Positions 24,877 to 36,139 of a stretch of DNA of 56,378 nt are shown in pieces (positions within the stretch are counted from its first letter, which is position 1; the number at the start of each line of letters is the position of its first letter). This DNA is from Gracilinanus agilis. Lineage: Eukaryota. The stretch spans positions 218,056,960 through 218,113,337 of the forward strand of contig NC_058134.1 in NCBI RefSeq assembly GCF_016433145.1. Reading direction: 5' to 3'. The notes beneath the pieces are model-generated. The model was not told the DNA's origin, ran no database searches, and saw nothing but the letters and a program-made list of their open reading frames with translations. The position numbers and the translations under genes were made by a program.

Positions 24877-25541
24877 TTGATCTAGCCATATCACTGCTGG
24901 GTTATACCCCAAAGAGATCATAAGGAAAAAAGATTTGTACAAAAATATTTATGGCCGTGCTCTTTGTGGAGGCAAAAAATAGAAAATGAGGGGATGCCCT
25001 TCGATTGGAGAATGGCTGAAGAAACTGTGGTATCTGCTGGTGATGGAATACTATTGTGCTCAAAGGAATAATGAACTGGAGGAATTCCATGTGAACTGGA
25101 ATGACCTCCAGGAACTGATGCAGAGTGAAAGGAACAGAACCAGGAGAACATTATGCACAGAGACTGATACACTGAGGTACAATCAAATGTAATGGACTTC
25201 TCAACTAGCAGCAATGCAATGATCCGGGACAATTCTGAGGGACCTATGAAAAAGAACCCTACCCACATTCAGAGGAAAAACTATGTGAGTAGATACACAG
25301 AAGAAAAACAACTGCTTGATCACATGGGTTGATGGGGACATGATTGGGGATGTGGACTAAATGACCACCCTAGTGCAACTATCAACAATATCGAAATAGA
25401 TTTTTATCGATGACACATGTAAAAACCAGTGGAAATGTATATTGGCTACAGGGGGGGTAGGGGAGAGTGGAGGGAAGAGTAAGAGCACGAATCATGTAAC
25501 CATGGAAAAATCTTCTAAAAAATAAAAATATTTTAAAAAAG
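24877..25541 (+). mobile_element. 5'-truncated LINE-1 3' end with near-perfect 15-bp TSD
   Basis: ORF2 tail (CPSIGEWLKKLWYLLVMEYYC); TSD gaaaa(a/g)ttaaaggga at 24862-24876 and 25542-25556. Confidence 0.9.
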
Positions 25542-25689
25542 GAAAAGTTAAAGGGAAATGAATAAGAACCAAAAGTTCTTAACCTGGAATCTGTAAATTT
25601 AGATTTTTAGAAATAATTTGATTTCTATTTCAATATAATTGTTTTCTTTGTAATTCTATATTTTTATGCTATAAATTTAAAAACATTAT

Positions 25690-25880
25690 TTAGGACAACT
25701 ACATGGATCAATGGATAGAACCGGAGACAGGAAGTTTTGGGTTCAAATCTCATCTAAGACACTTCCTAGCTGTGTGCCTTGGGCAAGTCGCTGAATCCCC
25801 AAAGCCTTAGCCTTATTGTTCTTCTGCCTTGGAATCAATACATAGTATTGACTCTAAGATGGAAGGCAAGGGTTTAAAAA
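25690..25880 (+). mobile_element. SINE1-type SINE
   Basis: Flanked by an aacattatt duplication. Confidence 0.8.
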
Positions 25881-26399
25881 ATGAACATTATTATGAGGAG
25901 GAGTTCTTTGGGAATGGGGGTGCATGCTGAGATTGGTGGATCCATGGAGCTTGGGGAGTTCCAAGCTTAGGTAAGACTAAAGTTGATTATGTATCCGCAC
26001 TAAATCTGCCACCAAGATGGAGAGCCTCCCCATCCCCTGAATGGGTGAAGGGGACCCCAAGCAGAGTGAGAGGGCCATCAAGCTATCTGAGGAGCAAATC
26101 AGCCCATGTGGGGAAAAAAGGCAAAGGAGGAGGATGAGGAAGAGGGAGGATGTTAAGAACCCTTGACCCAGATGATCCCTAAGGTCTCCCACAATTCTGA
26201 CATTCTATGTCCCAAACCTGCCACTTATCCAACAGAGGAGAAGGAACCAACTCAATCCAGTTTCAGCTCTTCAAGGTCAGCCTGTTATCAGGAGATGTAC
26301 ACACTTGTGACCACTATTGTCATAAAATGAAATCATATCCAAATGACCAATCGCCTGTTCCAAGTAACACATAGACAACTGCATGATTCAATTCAACCT

Positions 26400-26403
26400 G
26401 AGG

Positions 26404-26446
<43 letters not shown>

Positions 26447-26470
26447 AGGGGGAGACAGACAGACAGATAG
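26400..26470. repeat. (GA)n/(GACA)n tract
   Basis: Direct reading. Confidence 0.9.
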
Positions 26471-26814
26471 ACCTGAATCTGGAGTCATAGAGTCTTATTT
26501 GAATTCTAGCTCTGCTCCTTATTGCTTGTGTGACCTTGGACAGGTCACCACTTTTCTGGCCTAGATTTTTCATCTGGGAAGCACTTTATAGGCATGGGAC
26601 TTGATGAGTAGCTAAATCCCATTATCCAATTAGGTGTGTCTTCATGGCCTCAGTAAGCTCAAAGGCTTCTTCCAGTTAATCATCCTATAAGTCTCAGCAT
26701 TAACACAAATAAGCAGGATATCAGACAGTTGGGTCTTTGAATAGAAGCCAGATGATCTCTCCTCAGGAATTTTCAACAGAGAGAGAATAATCTTATTCAG
26801 AAAAGGACTGAAGG

Positions 26815-27158
26815 ATAGCTAGATGGCTCAGTGGGATTGAGAGCCAGGACTAGAGATGGGAAGTCCTGAGTTCAAATCTGGACCCAGATACTTCCCAGCT
26901 GTGTGACTCTGGACAAGTCACTTAGTCTCCATTACCACTCTTCTGCCTTAGAACTGAACTAGAACTAGAACTAGAGTATTGATTGCAAGCAGGAAGGTAA
27001 GAGTTCTTAAAAAAGAAAAGAAAAAAGGGGGGCAGCTGGGTAGCTCAGTGGAGTGAGAGTCAGGCCTAGAGACAGGAGGTCCTAGGTTCAAACCCAGCCT
27101 CAGACACTTCCCAGCTGTGTGACCCTGGGCAAGTCACTTGACCCCCATTGCCCACCCT
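26815..27158 (+). mobile_element. Head-to-tail SINE1 pair (older 26815-27020, young 27026-27158 running into a gap)
   Basis: Two SINE heads in tandem; the second matches the young 23948 copy (gcccaccct). Confidence 0.85.
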
Positions 27159-27530
27159 NNNNNNNNNNNNNNNNNNNNNNNNNNNNNNNNNNNNNNNNNN
27201 NNNNNNNNNNNNNNNNNNNNNNNNNNNNNNNNNNNNNNNNNNNNNNNNNNNNNNNNNNNNNNNNNNNNNNNNNNNNNNNNNNNNNNNNNNNNNNNNNNNN
27301 NNNNNNNNNNNNNNNNNNNNNNNNNNNNNNNNNNNNNNNNNNNNNNNNNNNNNNNNNNNNNNNNNNNNNNNNNNNNNNNNNNNNNNNNNNNNNNNNNNNN
27401 NNNNNNNNNNNNNNNNNNNNNNNNNNNNNNNNNAAGGAAGGAAGGAAGGAAGGAAGGAAGGAAGGAAGGAAGGAAGGAAGGAAGGAAGGAAGGAAGGAAG
27501 GAAGGAAGGAAGGAAGGAAGGAAAGAAGGA
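27159..27530. repeat. Gap (275 N, 27159-27433) followed by (AAGG)n
   Basis: Direct reading. Confidence 0.95.
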
Positions 27531-28046
27531 AGTCCCATGAACCTCTGTCCAGGGGGTCAGGAAGAGTTGAATATGACTGAAATGACCAAACGACAATGTG
27601 CAGGGCACTCTTCAAGGTGTTGGACATTCAGACAAAAATGAAACAACCCTTGCCTTCAAGGAGCTTCCGAAGATTAAGTGGGAAATACAAAGTCATTTCA
27701 GGAAAGAAGGGAGCAGTCACTAACAACTAGGACATTCCGAAAGGGTGTTTTGTAAAAGGTTATACCTGAGTACAGCTTTGCAATGAGCTGCTCGATGTAC
27801 CAATCAATATACTGTGCCTCTTGGACCCCAGGAGGAAAGAAGAGACCTCGCCTTCCCCTTCCTCTGTACCACTGCTGGGGCAGATAGAATCCTAGTGCTG
27901 GAGGACAGATATCCACTTTCCTTGGTTGGTTTGGTAACTTACTGCCTGTGTAATTTGGAGGAAATTCCACCATAGGATCTCAAATCTTAATGGTATGGGA
28001 GTACAGGGTCTCCTGGACACCCCCCATCTCTAGAAGAATCCCAGGT

Positions 28047-28498
28047 TGTGAGGAATTTCCCAATCCTGGGTCCCCTGGGGTGTGGGCTAAAGAAAGTCAG
28101 CCCTGATGCAACTAAAGGGACAAACTGCCTGATCAAAAGAGTCTCTGAGAGATCCATTAGGTGCATTCCCCCTAGCCTTCTGATAAACATAAATATGTGC
28201 CTTCTGTTTGCATCTCAAACATCACTAGATTCTCTGAGATATGCAACTCACCTTCTTTTATGATCAAGGTTTAACATGTCATAAACAGTGTATACCTGTG
28301 CTTCTACCCCAGACATCAAGGCACCTCGCACTGGAACATCACCTAATCTTCCTTGTTTGTCCTCCTTCCCACTTTCTGCTCCTGCTCACGCAGTCTCTGT
28401 TCCTTTAAGGTATAAAAATCCTGGACCTCTTCTCCTTACCTGTACCTGCCTCCCAGCCATTCACTCAACAAATTCCTCTCTTTTTAAAAATTCCTCCT
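28047..28498 (+). mobile_element. Candidate solo LTR of another family
   Basis: Starts TGTGAGGAATTT and ends with the inverted AAATTCCTC; TATAAAA at 28411; degenerate poly(A) signal aacaaa; no clear TSD. Confidence 0.45.
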
Positions 28499-30900
28499 CT
28501 TTAGAGAATTGTTTAAGAGTATGCCCTCTAGAACCAGATAATATATATCAAGCTCTTCCACAGCATCAAGATGGAAGAGACCTCAGAGGCCATCTTGTCC
28601 AACCTCCTCATTTTACAGATGAGCAAACAGAGGCCAGAGGAGGATAAGTGATTTGCACAGGGTTACACAGTTAGTGAGTGATAGAACTAGGATTTGAATC
28701 CAGGTCCTGGGACTTCAGACCCAGAAGTCCAACTCCAAATACATCAATGTGCTTTCCTCTCAGTGGGTTGTGGTTTCCTTTTCAGTAAAATGAAGAGATA
28801 GGGTCATCTCTGGATCTTGGCATCCCAGTTCCTCTGTTCTTTGTAATAAGCCATGCTCCATACCACCCTTTGGAAAATTGCTGAATCCTCTGTCCTTTTT
28901 GGTTCTGCAGACCAAGAACAAGAGGAGGAAAAGGTAGAGATTTGGAAAGGGGAATGGGTGGATTTTAGGGCCAACTTCTGATTTCAACGCCAAAGGTAAA
29001 AGGCTCCACTGGACCCATCCCACTTCCCCACCCTCATCCCACCCTTTCTCTATGACTCCTGCCCTACATCCACCTCAGGCCCTGCTTTTTGATTCTCATT
29101 CTTTATCCTCCAGATTTCACAATTATCCTTTTCTACATAAGAGAGTTGAAAAAGAAATCACCATTGCCCTAGTTTATTCTGCCTATAGATTTTGGACTGC
29201 TTTGCCAAGAAGAGCTGAAGGCTTGGCCCAGCTGAAGAGATAACAGGAGGGAGGGAACACACACAGACCTGAGCTGAGGGCTGGGTTCAGCCAACACCCC
29301 TGGGCCACGTCTGCTCACTATCACGTCATCGACCTCAGAGCCTGTCTTTGACACACATCCTTGTTTTCTTCCCTGATAAACTCTCCCCCATTTAGAAGAG
29401 CCAAGAGATGTGGTAGATCCAGCCTTAGCTGGATAGTTATAGATCATGGGTTGTAATCTCTAATCTACTGCTGCGTGACCTTGGACAAGTCACCTTATTT
29501 CTCTGAGCCTTGGTTTCCCCCTCTGTAAAATAAGAGGTTTTGATGAGATGAACTCAATGGTTTTCATCCTTTCTGAGTTATTTTTTTTTTAAACTTCTGA
29601 CTCCCCAGCCTCTTCCCCCATTTCCTCCACTTCTTCCTTCATCTGAACTTAAGGAAGTTGGAAGGTATGGCAAGTGAAGAAACTGAGAGACTCACGGAGA
29701 GTGGAAGGAATCTTGCCCATAGGTATGTAGGTCGCTAGAACACAAGAATCCTGCTGACGGGATTCCTCCAACTCCTTCCCTTTCAAGGACCATCCAGAAT
29801 ATGTCCACACTACCTAGTCAGCCTTTTCTCCTTTTACTCTGTTATGAATGACCAGCTTACTCACTGTTACTTTTTATACGCTGGCCATCCTCACCAGTGT
29901 ACACGCATGTGTATATAGGAAATAATTCCAAGCTTGTAGACTTTGGAGATCATTTATCCCAATGGCTTCATTTTATGGATTAGGACATTGAAGCCTAAAA
30001 ATGAGAAGCAAGTTAGTACATTCTACCCTGAGAAGGAATCTTATTTGCCTCAGTTTCCTCATCTGTAAAATGAGCTGGAGAAAGAAATGGCCAGCTACCG
30101 TAGTAGAAAACCCCAAATGGGTTGAAAGCTGGAACTACAGAATAACAAAAGGGCAGGAAGTTCCCCATAAATTTCAAAATATTCATAGAAATTCTTTTTT
30201 CAATAGATAAAAAAAAAAACTAGAAACAAAGATGGTTCCCAATGATTATGGAATGGCCAAGCCAATTTTAGAACATGAATATAGATCACAAGGTTAATAT
30301 GAAGATCAACTGAGATAAAATATAAGACAGCTAAGTGGATAGAATGCTAGGCCTAGAGTCAGGAAAAGCTGAATTAAAATCTAGCTTCAGTACTTACTAG
30401 TTGTGTGACCCCGGGCAAGTCATGTCATCCTGTTTGTCTCAGTTTCCTCATCTATAAAATGAGCTGGAGAAGAAAATGAAAAACCACTCCAATATCCCCA
30501 TCAAGAAAACTCCCAAAGAGGGTTGGGCACAACTGACTAGCAACGACAAATATTTATATGTTTAACTTCATTTTTTTTCTCCAGCACCAAGCGCATTGCT
30601 TAACAAATAGTATGTCCTGCTGTTGTTCAGTCCTTATTGCTTCTTGACTGATCAATTCAATGACCAATCACAGTTCCAGAACACCAAAGACACAGCCTGC
30701 TTTCCACCTCCTGACACAGAACTGATGGACTCAGGGAGCAGAAGGAGACATGTTTTGGGACATGACCAGTAGGAGAGGTTTGTTTGCCTCTGTGATACAT
30801 ATTTGTTAACAAGGGTTTTTCTTTTTCTTTTTCCTTTTCAGTTGAGAGAGGACATAAGACAGAGAGAAAATAAATGATTATTCATTGAAAACTAAATTAA

Positions 30901-31395
30901 GGGGCAATAAGGTGGCTCAGTAGATTGAGAGTCAGTATCAGAGATAAAAAGTCCTGAGTTCAAATCTATCCTCAGACACTTTCTAGCTGTGTGATCCTGG
31001 AAAAGTCATATAAATCTAAAATGCCTAGTCTTTACTACTCTTCTGTCTTGGACCCAATACTTAAGAGAGATGCTAAGATAGAAGGTAAGGGTTTAATTTT
31101 TTTTTAAAGAAAGAAAATTAAATTAAACTAAAAAATGCAGGTTGATTCATTGTTGTAGAAAATAATATATGTTATAGAAAGAAATGAAGTGGGGGCAATA
31201 AGGTGATTCAGTAGATTGGGAGGCCATACTGGACAGCAGAAGTCCTGGATTCAAATTTAACCTCAGACACATCTTAGCTGTGTGACTCTGGACAAGTCAC
31301 TTGACTCCACTGCACAGCCCTTATCACTCACTTTTCTGTCTTGGAACCAATACAACGTATTGATTCTAAGATGGAAGGTGAGGATTTAAAAAAGG
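30901..31395 (+). mobile_element. Two SINE1-type copies (30901-31105, 31191-31395)
   Basis: Both show head, CORE and the gaaggt(a/g)agg.ttt tail. Confidence 0.8.
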
Positions 31396-32184
31396 AAAGA
31401 AAGAAATGGAGCAATATTTCAGAATGATGAGTTATTGTAGTTAAAAAAACAATCCAGAAAAGCAGTTAGATCCAGGGGAAAGTATGGTGGATTTGCAGTC
31501 TGAGGTCTTGGGTTTGAATCCTAATTCTTCCACATAATGTGTGACTTTGAGCAAGGCACTTTCCCCTCAGGGGTCTCAGCTTCCCCCTCTCTTGGATGGG
31601 GGAGTGTTCTCTAAGATGGCTTCTCCTTCTAGAACTACAATTCTAAAGCCCAGTTTTCCTAGAGGTTCCTTAACCAGAAGAATGGCTAGTTTCCATGGGT
31701 TCGTCTATAAGTACAGAGATCCAGAAACTAAAGGAAAACAAAAGAAAGCAGAAGGCAAGCAGATAGATGAGTGCAAGAGGCAGCAGCATGTTAAGTATGT
31801 TATGACAGTAAGACAATGAGTTTCAAATTGGGTTCTTTGGAAATCCACTGGAGGAGGAGTCGCTTGCTTTGAGAAGATCTGATTCTATCATCCTACAGCA
31901 TTCACATGTCTCTCTTTTAGAATGTCAAACTCTCAAATGACTGAAAATGACATAATATAACACTTAGCAACTGCTTTAAAAGAAAAAAGCAACCTTTCTT
32001 GTAAAAAGCAACTCACTTTGAGACAGAGAGGGATGAAATTTCCTTGAGTACAACTAGAGAAAACAGAATTAAGATGATTAATTGGGGAAGGGTGGACTTT
32101 ATTAGAAAGAAAAAAAGAGAAAAAGAGGCAACTAATAAGTGACCAAAATTGCAGAGACCCAAACTGGGCAATATTGATGAAGGA

Positions 32185-32385
32185 AAGACCAAACAGATTG
32201 CCTCTATCTTAGAATCAATATTATGTATGTATTCTAAAACAGAAGAGCAGTGAGGGCTGGGCAATGAAAGTTAAGTGACTTGCTCAGGGTCATACAGCTA
32301 GGAAGTGTCTGAGGTCACATTTGAACTCAGGACCTCCCATCCCCAGACTGGGCACTTTATCCACTGAGTTACCTAGCTGTCCCCT
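32185..32385 (-). mobile_element. SINE1-type SINE
   Basis: Reverse complement of the family pattern; similar copies at ~39215-39325 and ~41035-41205. Confidence 0.8.
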
Positions 32386-32764
32386 GAGATGACCTTTTAA
32401 ATCCCTCCCCCTGAAAAGATAACAAGGGCTAAAAAAGTGTTCGCTAATAACAAGATTTTTGTTTTCAAGAAAAGCTTGGGAGAAAACTAACAAATCTAGA
32501 CAAATTCTCTATCTTTGGTGCTCTAAGATTCAATTTTAAAGCTTATATAGTGAGTAGTAGCTCAACCTTTGTACAAAAAGAAAGACCTCAGAGTCTATCT
32601 AATCTAAGCCCCTCATTCTATAGTTGAGGAAACTGAGGCTAGTTGGGGAAGCAACTTACTTTTCAAACCCAGAATCTAACATTCCCACTGTACCCCTTGC
32701 TATGACAGGTCACAATGGTAAGCCTTAACTATCCTGAGAATATATATAAAATTAGGGCTGAGGA

Positions 32765-32767
<3 letters not shown>

Positions 32768-32836
<69 letters not shown>
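32768..32836. repeat. (GT)n-(AT)n compound microsatellite
   Basis: Direct reading. Confidence 0.95.
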
Positions 32837-32837
<1 letters not shown>

Positions 32838-32950
32838 AACACACCTGGGAAAAGACCCTCTGCATCCTGTATCTTGCACTAATATTCAACCTGCCTTGGG
32901 AAGGGGTATTGCTTGCCCAATTCTAGGTGCATCCATGAAGGAATGAGTGA

Positions 32951-35321
32951 TGTAGGATTTAAATTAATCTCCAGTACTTCAATTATTAATTTTATAACGT
33001 TTATTACCTGACAAAATAGAACCACCTGACTAAGTTTTCTACCTGCTCAAAATGCCCACTCCACCAAAGCCACCGAAAGGAAGGAAAAGAGAGAGCGCAA
33101 GATGGACTTCCACCCAATTTATATCCTGTCTACATCAGGAAGTAATGACAGGAAGTAAGTGGGGTTCTGGGAATCATAGTTCTCCAGGGGATCATAGTTT
33201 TGCTAGGGATCATAGTTTTTAGGGTAATAGATTCAAATTACACAATCCCCCCTGAGATCCTTTGGAAGACTAGTCTCCCCAATAGATCTTGTAAACATAA
33301 CAAACTTATAAATTACAATAATTTGAGGATAAAAGGGAAAGAGCACAAAACCAATGATTGCTAGGTACATTGACAAAAAGCCAATTAGGAGGCAGTCTCC
33401 TTTGGCATAATAGTATACATGCAAAATAAATGTGTTACAACCACCCACAGTTCAATTTCACTACAACCCAAAGTTCATCCTGGATCTTTCAGTGCAGTGT
33501 GAGGTTTCTGTAGGCATCTCCATGGAGCCTTCTCCAAGCAGTTCATTTCCTGGATTCTGGGAGGTATCAAATTTCTTAACTTGTATAAAACTAGAATTTT
33601 ATGACAATTATACAATCCCCCCTGAGGAGGGTATTGACAAACACAACTCAGGATACATTAATTTTCACTAAGAAAACACTTTTGTAAAAAACAGTAGTAT
33701 AGCAGCTAATTCAAGAAAACCTTTTGAGTCTAAAACTTCACCAAGAATCTAGATCAATCTGGTGGAGGCAGATTAAGCTGAAGAGTTAAAAATCATCTAG
33801 AAGCTACTTAGGCTTCATGGGAAATGCTCCTTCTTGGGAGCCATGCCCTAGGAAAACCTTCCCAGCTCCTCCTTTATGAGACTGTAACGGCCATAAAAGG
33901 CATGTCTTTATATGTCTCATCTATTACATTTTTATAAATGGAGAGGTGGGGAATATAATAGTGCTACAGCACTTCATTTCAGCTACAAAATGGACCCTTA
34001 CTCTTGTTACAAATAACTTAAAGGTACTTTTATAATGGTATCTTCTCCAGTCCAATCATATGGGGAGGTACAAATAAACACACTGTAACCGCATATATAG
34101 CTAATTGTCAAAACAGAGTAACTTAAAAGTGACATAGTGTAACAGAACTTAACAAAATAAAATCTTAAAACAAGCAATCAGCAAATACAATATATTTGAC
34201 AGAATAGAGGCACTGAATTCAAGAGTCCTTTTTTTCAATTCCTATACAGACTTCCATAAAACAATGGAGACTGAAAAGGCTTAAAAATCTACCTCCAGAC
34301 TCTTTAAGGTTCCTTCCCCTCCTCAGGATCATTATCCATTTAGGTTCCTTTTGTCATACCTCTGGGATTTCCCATAGTGAGGGAGAATTCCACACTGAAC
34401 ATAATGTGGAGGAATCCCATATTGGATGTATTGTAGAGACTGGGCAGGCCAGAATGGTAAGGGGGTATAGGGAGATGAATCTCTCCCCCGAATCTCAGGC
34501 AAGCTAATCACCAGGACCAGTGCACCCAGGAATGGTAGGGAGAAAAAAAAATCCTAAAACTGGGAGCTGTTTGAAATAAGCAATACACTGCTCTTTCATA
34601 GAGAGGACCATGCTTGCTTCTTGCAATTCTACTTCCTGTTTAGAAGAGTAACTTTCCTTCCCCTTTCCCCAGGGGTAAAAAACACCAGGGAGAAGCTTGC
34701 TTCCCCTGCCACCTGGACAGGGAGTTTGAGCAAGCACTCAGCTGTTGAAAATGTAAGGGGAAGAGGGATTTTATACTTTCCAAGCCTCCAGATAGTTGTT
34801 CCAATCAGCAGCAGCAACAGCAACAGCAGCAGTAGCAGCAAGAGGAGCAGGCAGCTGGGACCACCCAGAGAGTTAGCAGCAGGAGGCAGGATTGGCAGCA
34901 ATAGATGGCAGCTCCAAAGAGAGTTCCCTGCGGGGGAGGGGGGCCTGAAAAGCATGACAGGAGAAATGTGGTTTCTTTTCAAACTAATCTACTCAGAGAG
35001 AATGAAAGATTCTGAACCTCACTTTTTGTTGCCATAAATGTAGTAGTTAAATTAATGTACAATACAAGTATCATTTTTATAAAGTTTATTATTTAACAAA
35101 CTAGAACCATGTGATTAAGTTTTCTACCTGCTCAAAATGCCCGCTCCACCAAAGCTGCTGACAGGAAGGAAAAGAGAGAGTGCAAGACAGACCTCCACCC
35201 AATTTATAGCCTGTCTACATCAACATGTAACAACAGGAAATGAGTGGGGTTCTGGGAACTGTAGTTTTCCTAGGGATCATAGTTTTGCTGGGGGTCATAT
35301 TCAACAGATTCAAATTACACA
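32951..35321 (-). mobile_element. Internally deleted LTR retroelement (LTR 35039-35321, 1.8-kb internal region, LTR 32951-33244)
   Basis: Two homologous ~290-bp TGT...ACA repeats; 4-bp TSD gtga (32947-32950, 35322-35325); minus-strand TATAAA and AATAAA in the LTRs; polypurine tract caggggggat next to the 3' LTR; PBS-like TGGCAAC just inside the 5' LTR. Confidence 0.88.
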
Positions 35322-35799
35322 GTGATCATACAAAATAGGAAGGTAGGATCTGTGAGTTCAAGGCTCAGCTCTGCACTGCGACTTTGGACCATCATCCAAT
35401 ATCTCTGGACCTCAGATTTCCAAGAGAAGCAATGAGATCTTGTCAGCAGAATGCCCCACACTGGACTCAGAAGGAAGATTCAAGTCCTAGCTTGGCCATT
35501 TGTTAGTGATTTGACTTTTGACCAGTCATTTGTCCAAAACCGTTGGCATGCAAATGGTTGGACTAATAGTATATGTGTGAAGAAGGCATGTAGGGGTGGA
35601 GCTGGGTGGTGGGCCACCTCAAAATAAGAACACATAGCCAGAAAACCCCTAAAAGAATGTGATCTTTAGCTGCCTTAGTAGAACCACTGTCCCCAAACGA
35701 AAGAAGGCAATGTTCTCATTGTGCTCGCTCATAGTCAGACCATGTCCAGAATATTTTGTTTAGTTCTAGGTGATGCATCTCAGAAAAGATGTAGGCCAG

Positions 35800-36070
35800 T
35801 GTAGGATTTAAATTAATGTCCAATACTTCAAGTATTATCTTAATAAAGTTTATTATCTGACAAAATAGAACCACATGACTAAGTTTTTCTACCTGCTCAA
35901 AAATCCCTGATCCACCAAGCCACAACGGAAAAGGAAAAAAAGAGACACCAAACTCCATCGAATTTATATCCTGTCTACATCAGCACAGAACGACAGGAAG
36001 TGAGTAGGGTGCTGGGGATCATAGTTTTGCTGGGGATTTAGTTTTTAGGGTAATAGATTCTAATTACACA
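35800..36070 (-). mobile_element. Solo LTR of the same family
   Basis: tgtaggatttaaattaat...gattctaattacaca; perfect 4-bp TSD ccag (35796-35799, 36071-36074). Confidence 0.9.
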
Positions 36071-36139
36071 CCAGCAGGAGGTTACCTGGAGGAGGCCAAC
36101 TGAAAACCATATGAGAATCAATGGAAGGAAATGGACATG

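Noticed and set aside
31920-32000. LRR-like frame SNSQMTENDII*HLATALKEKSNL after an acceptor
   Set aside because: Contains a stop, the 80-nt length does not fit an 84-nt LRR exon, and no neighbouring repeats were found.
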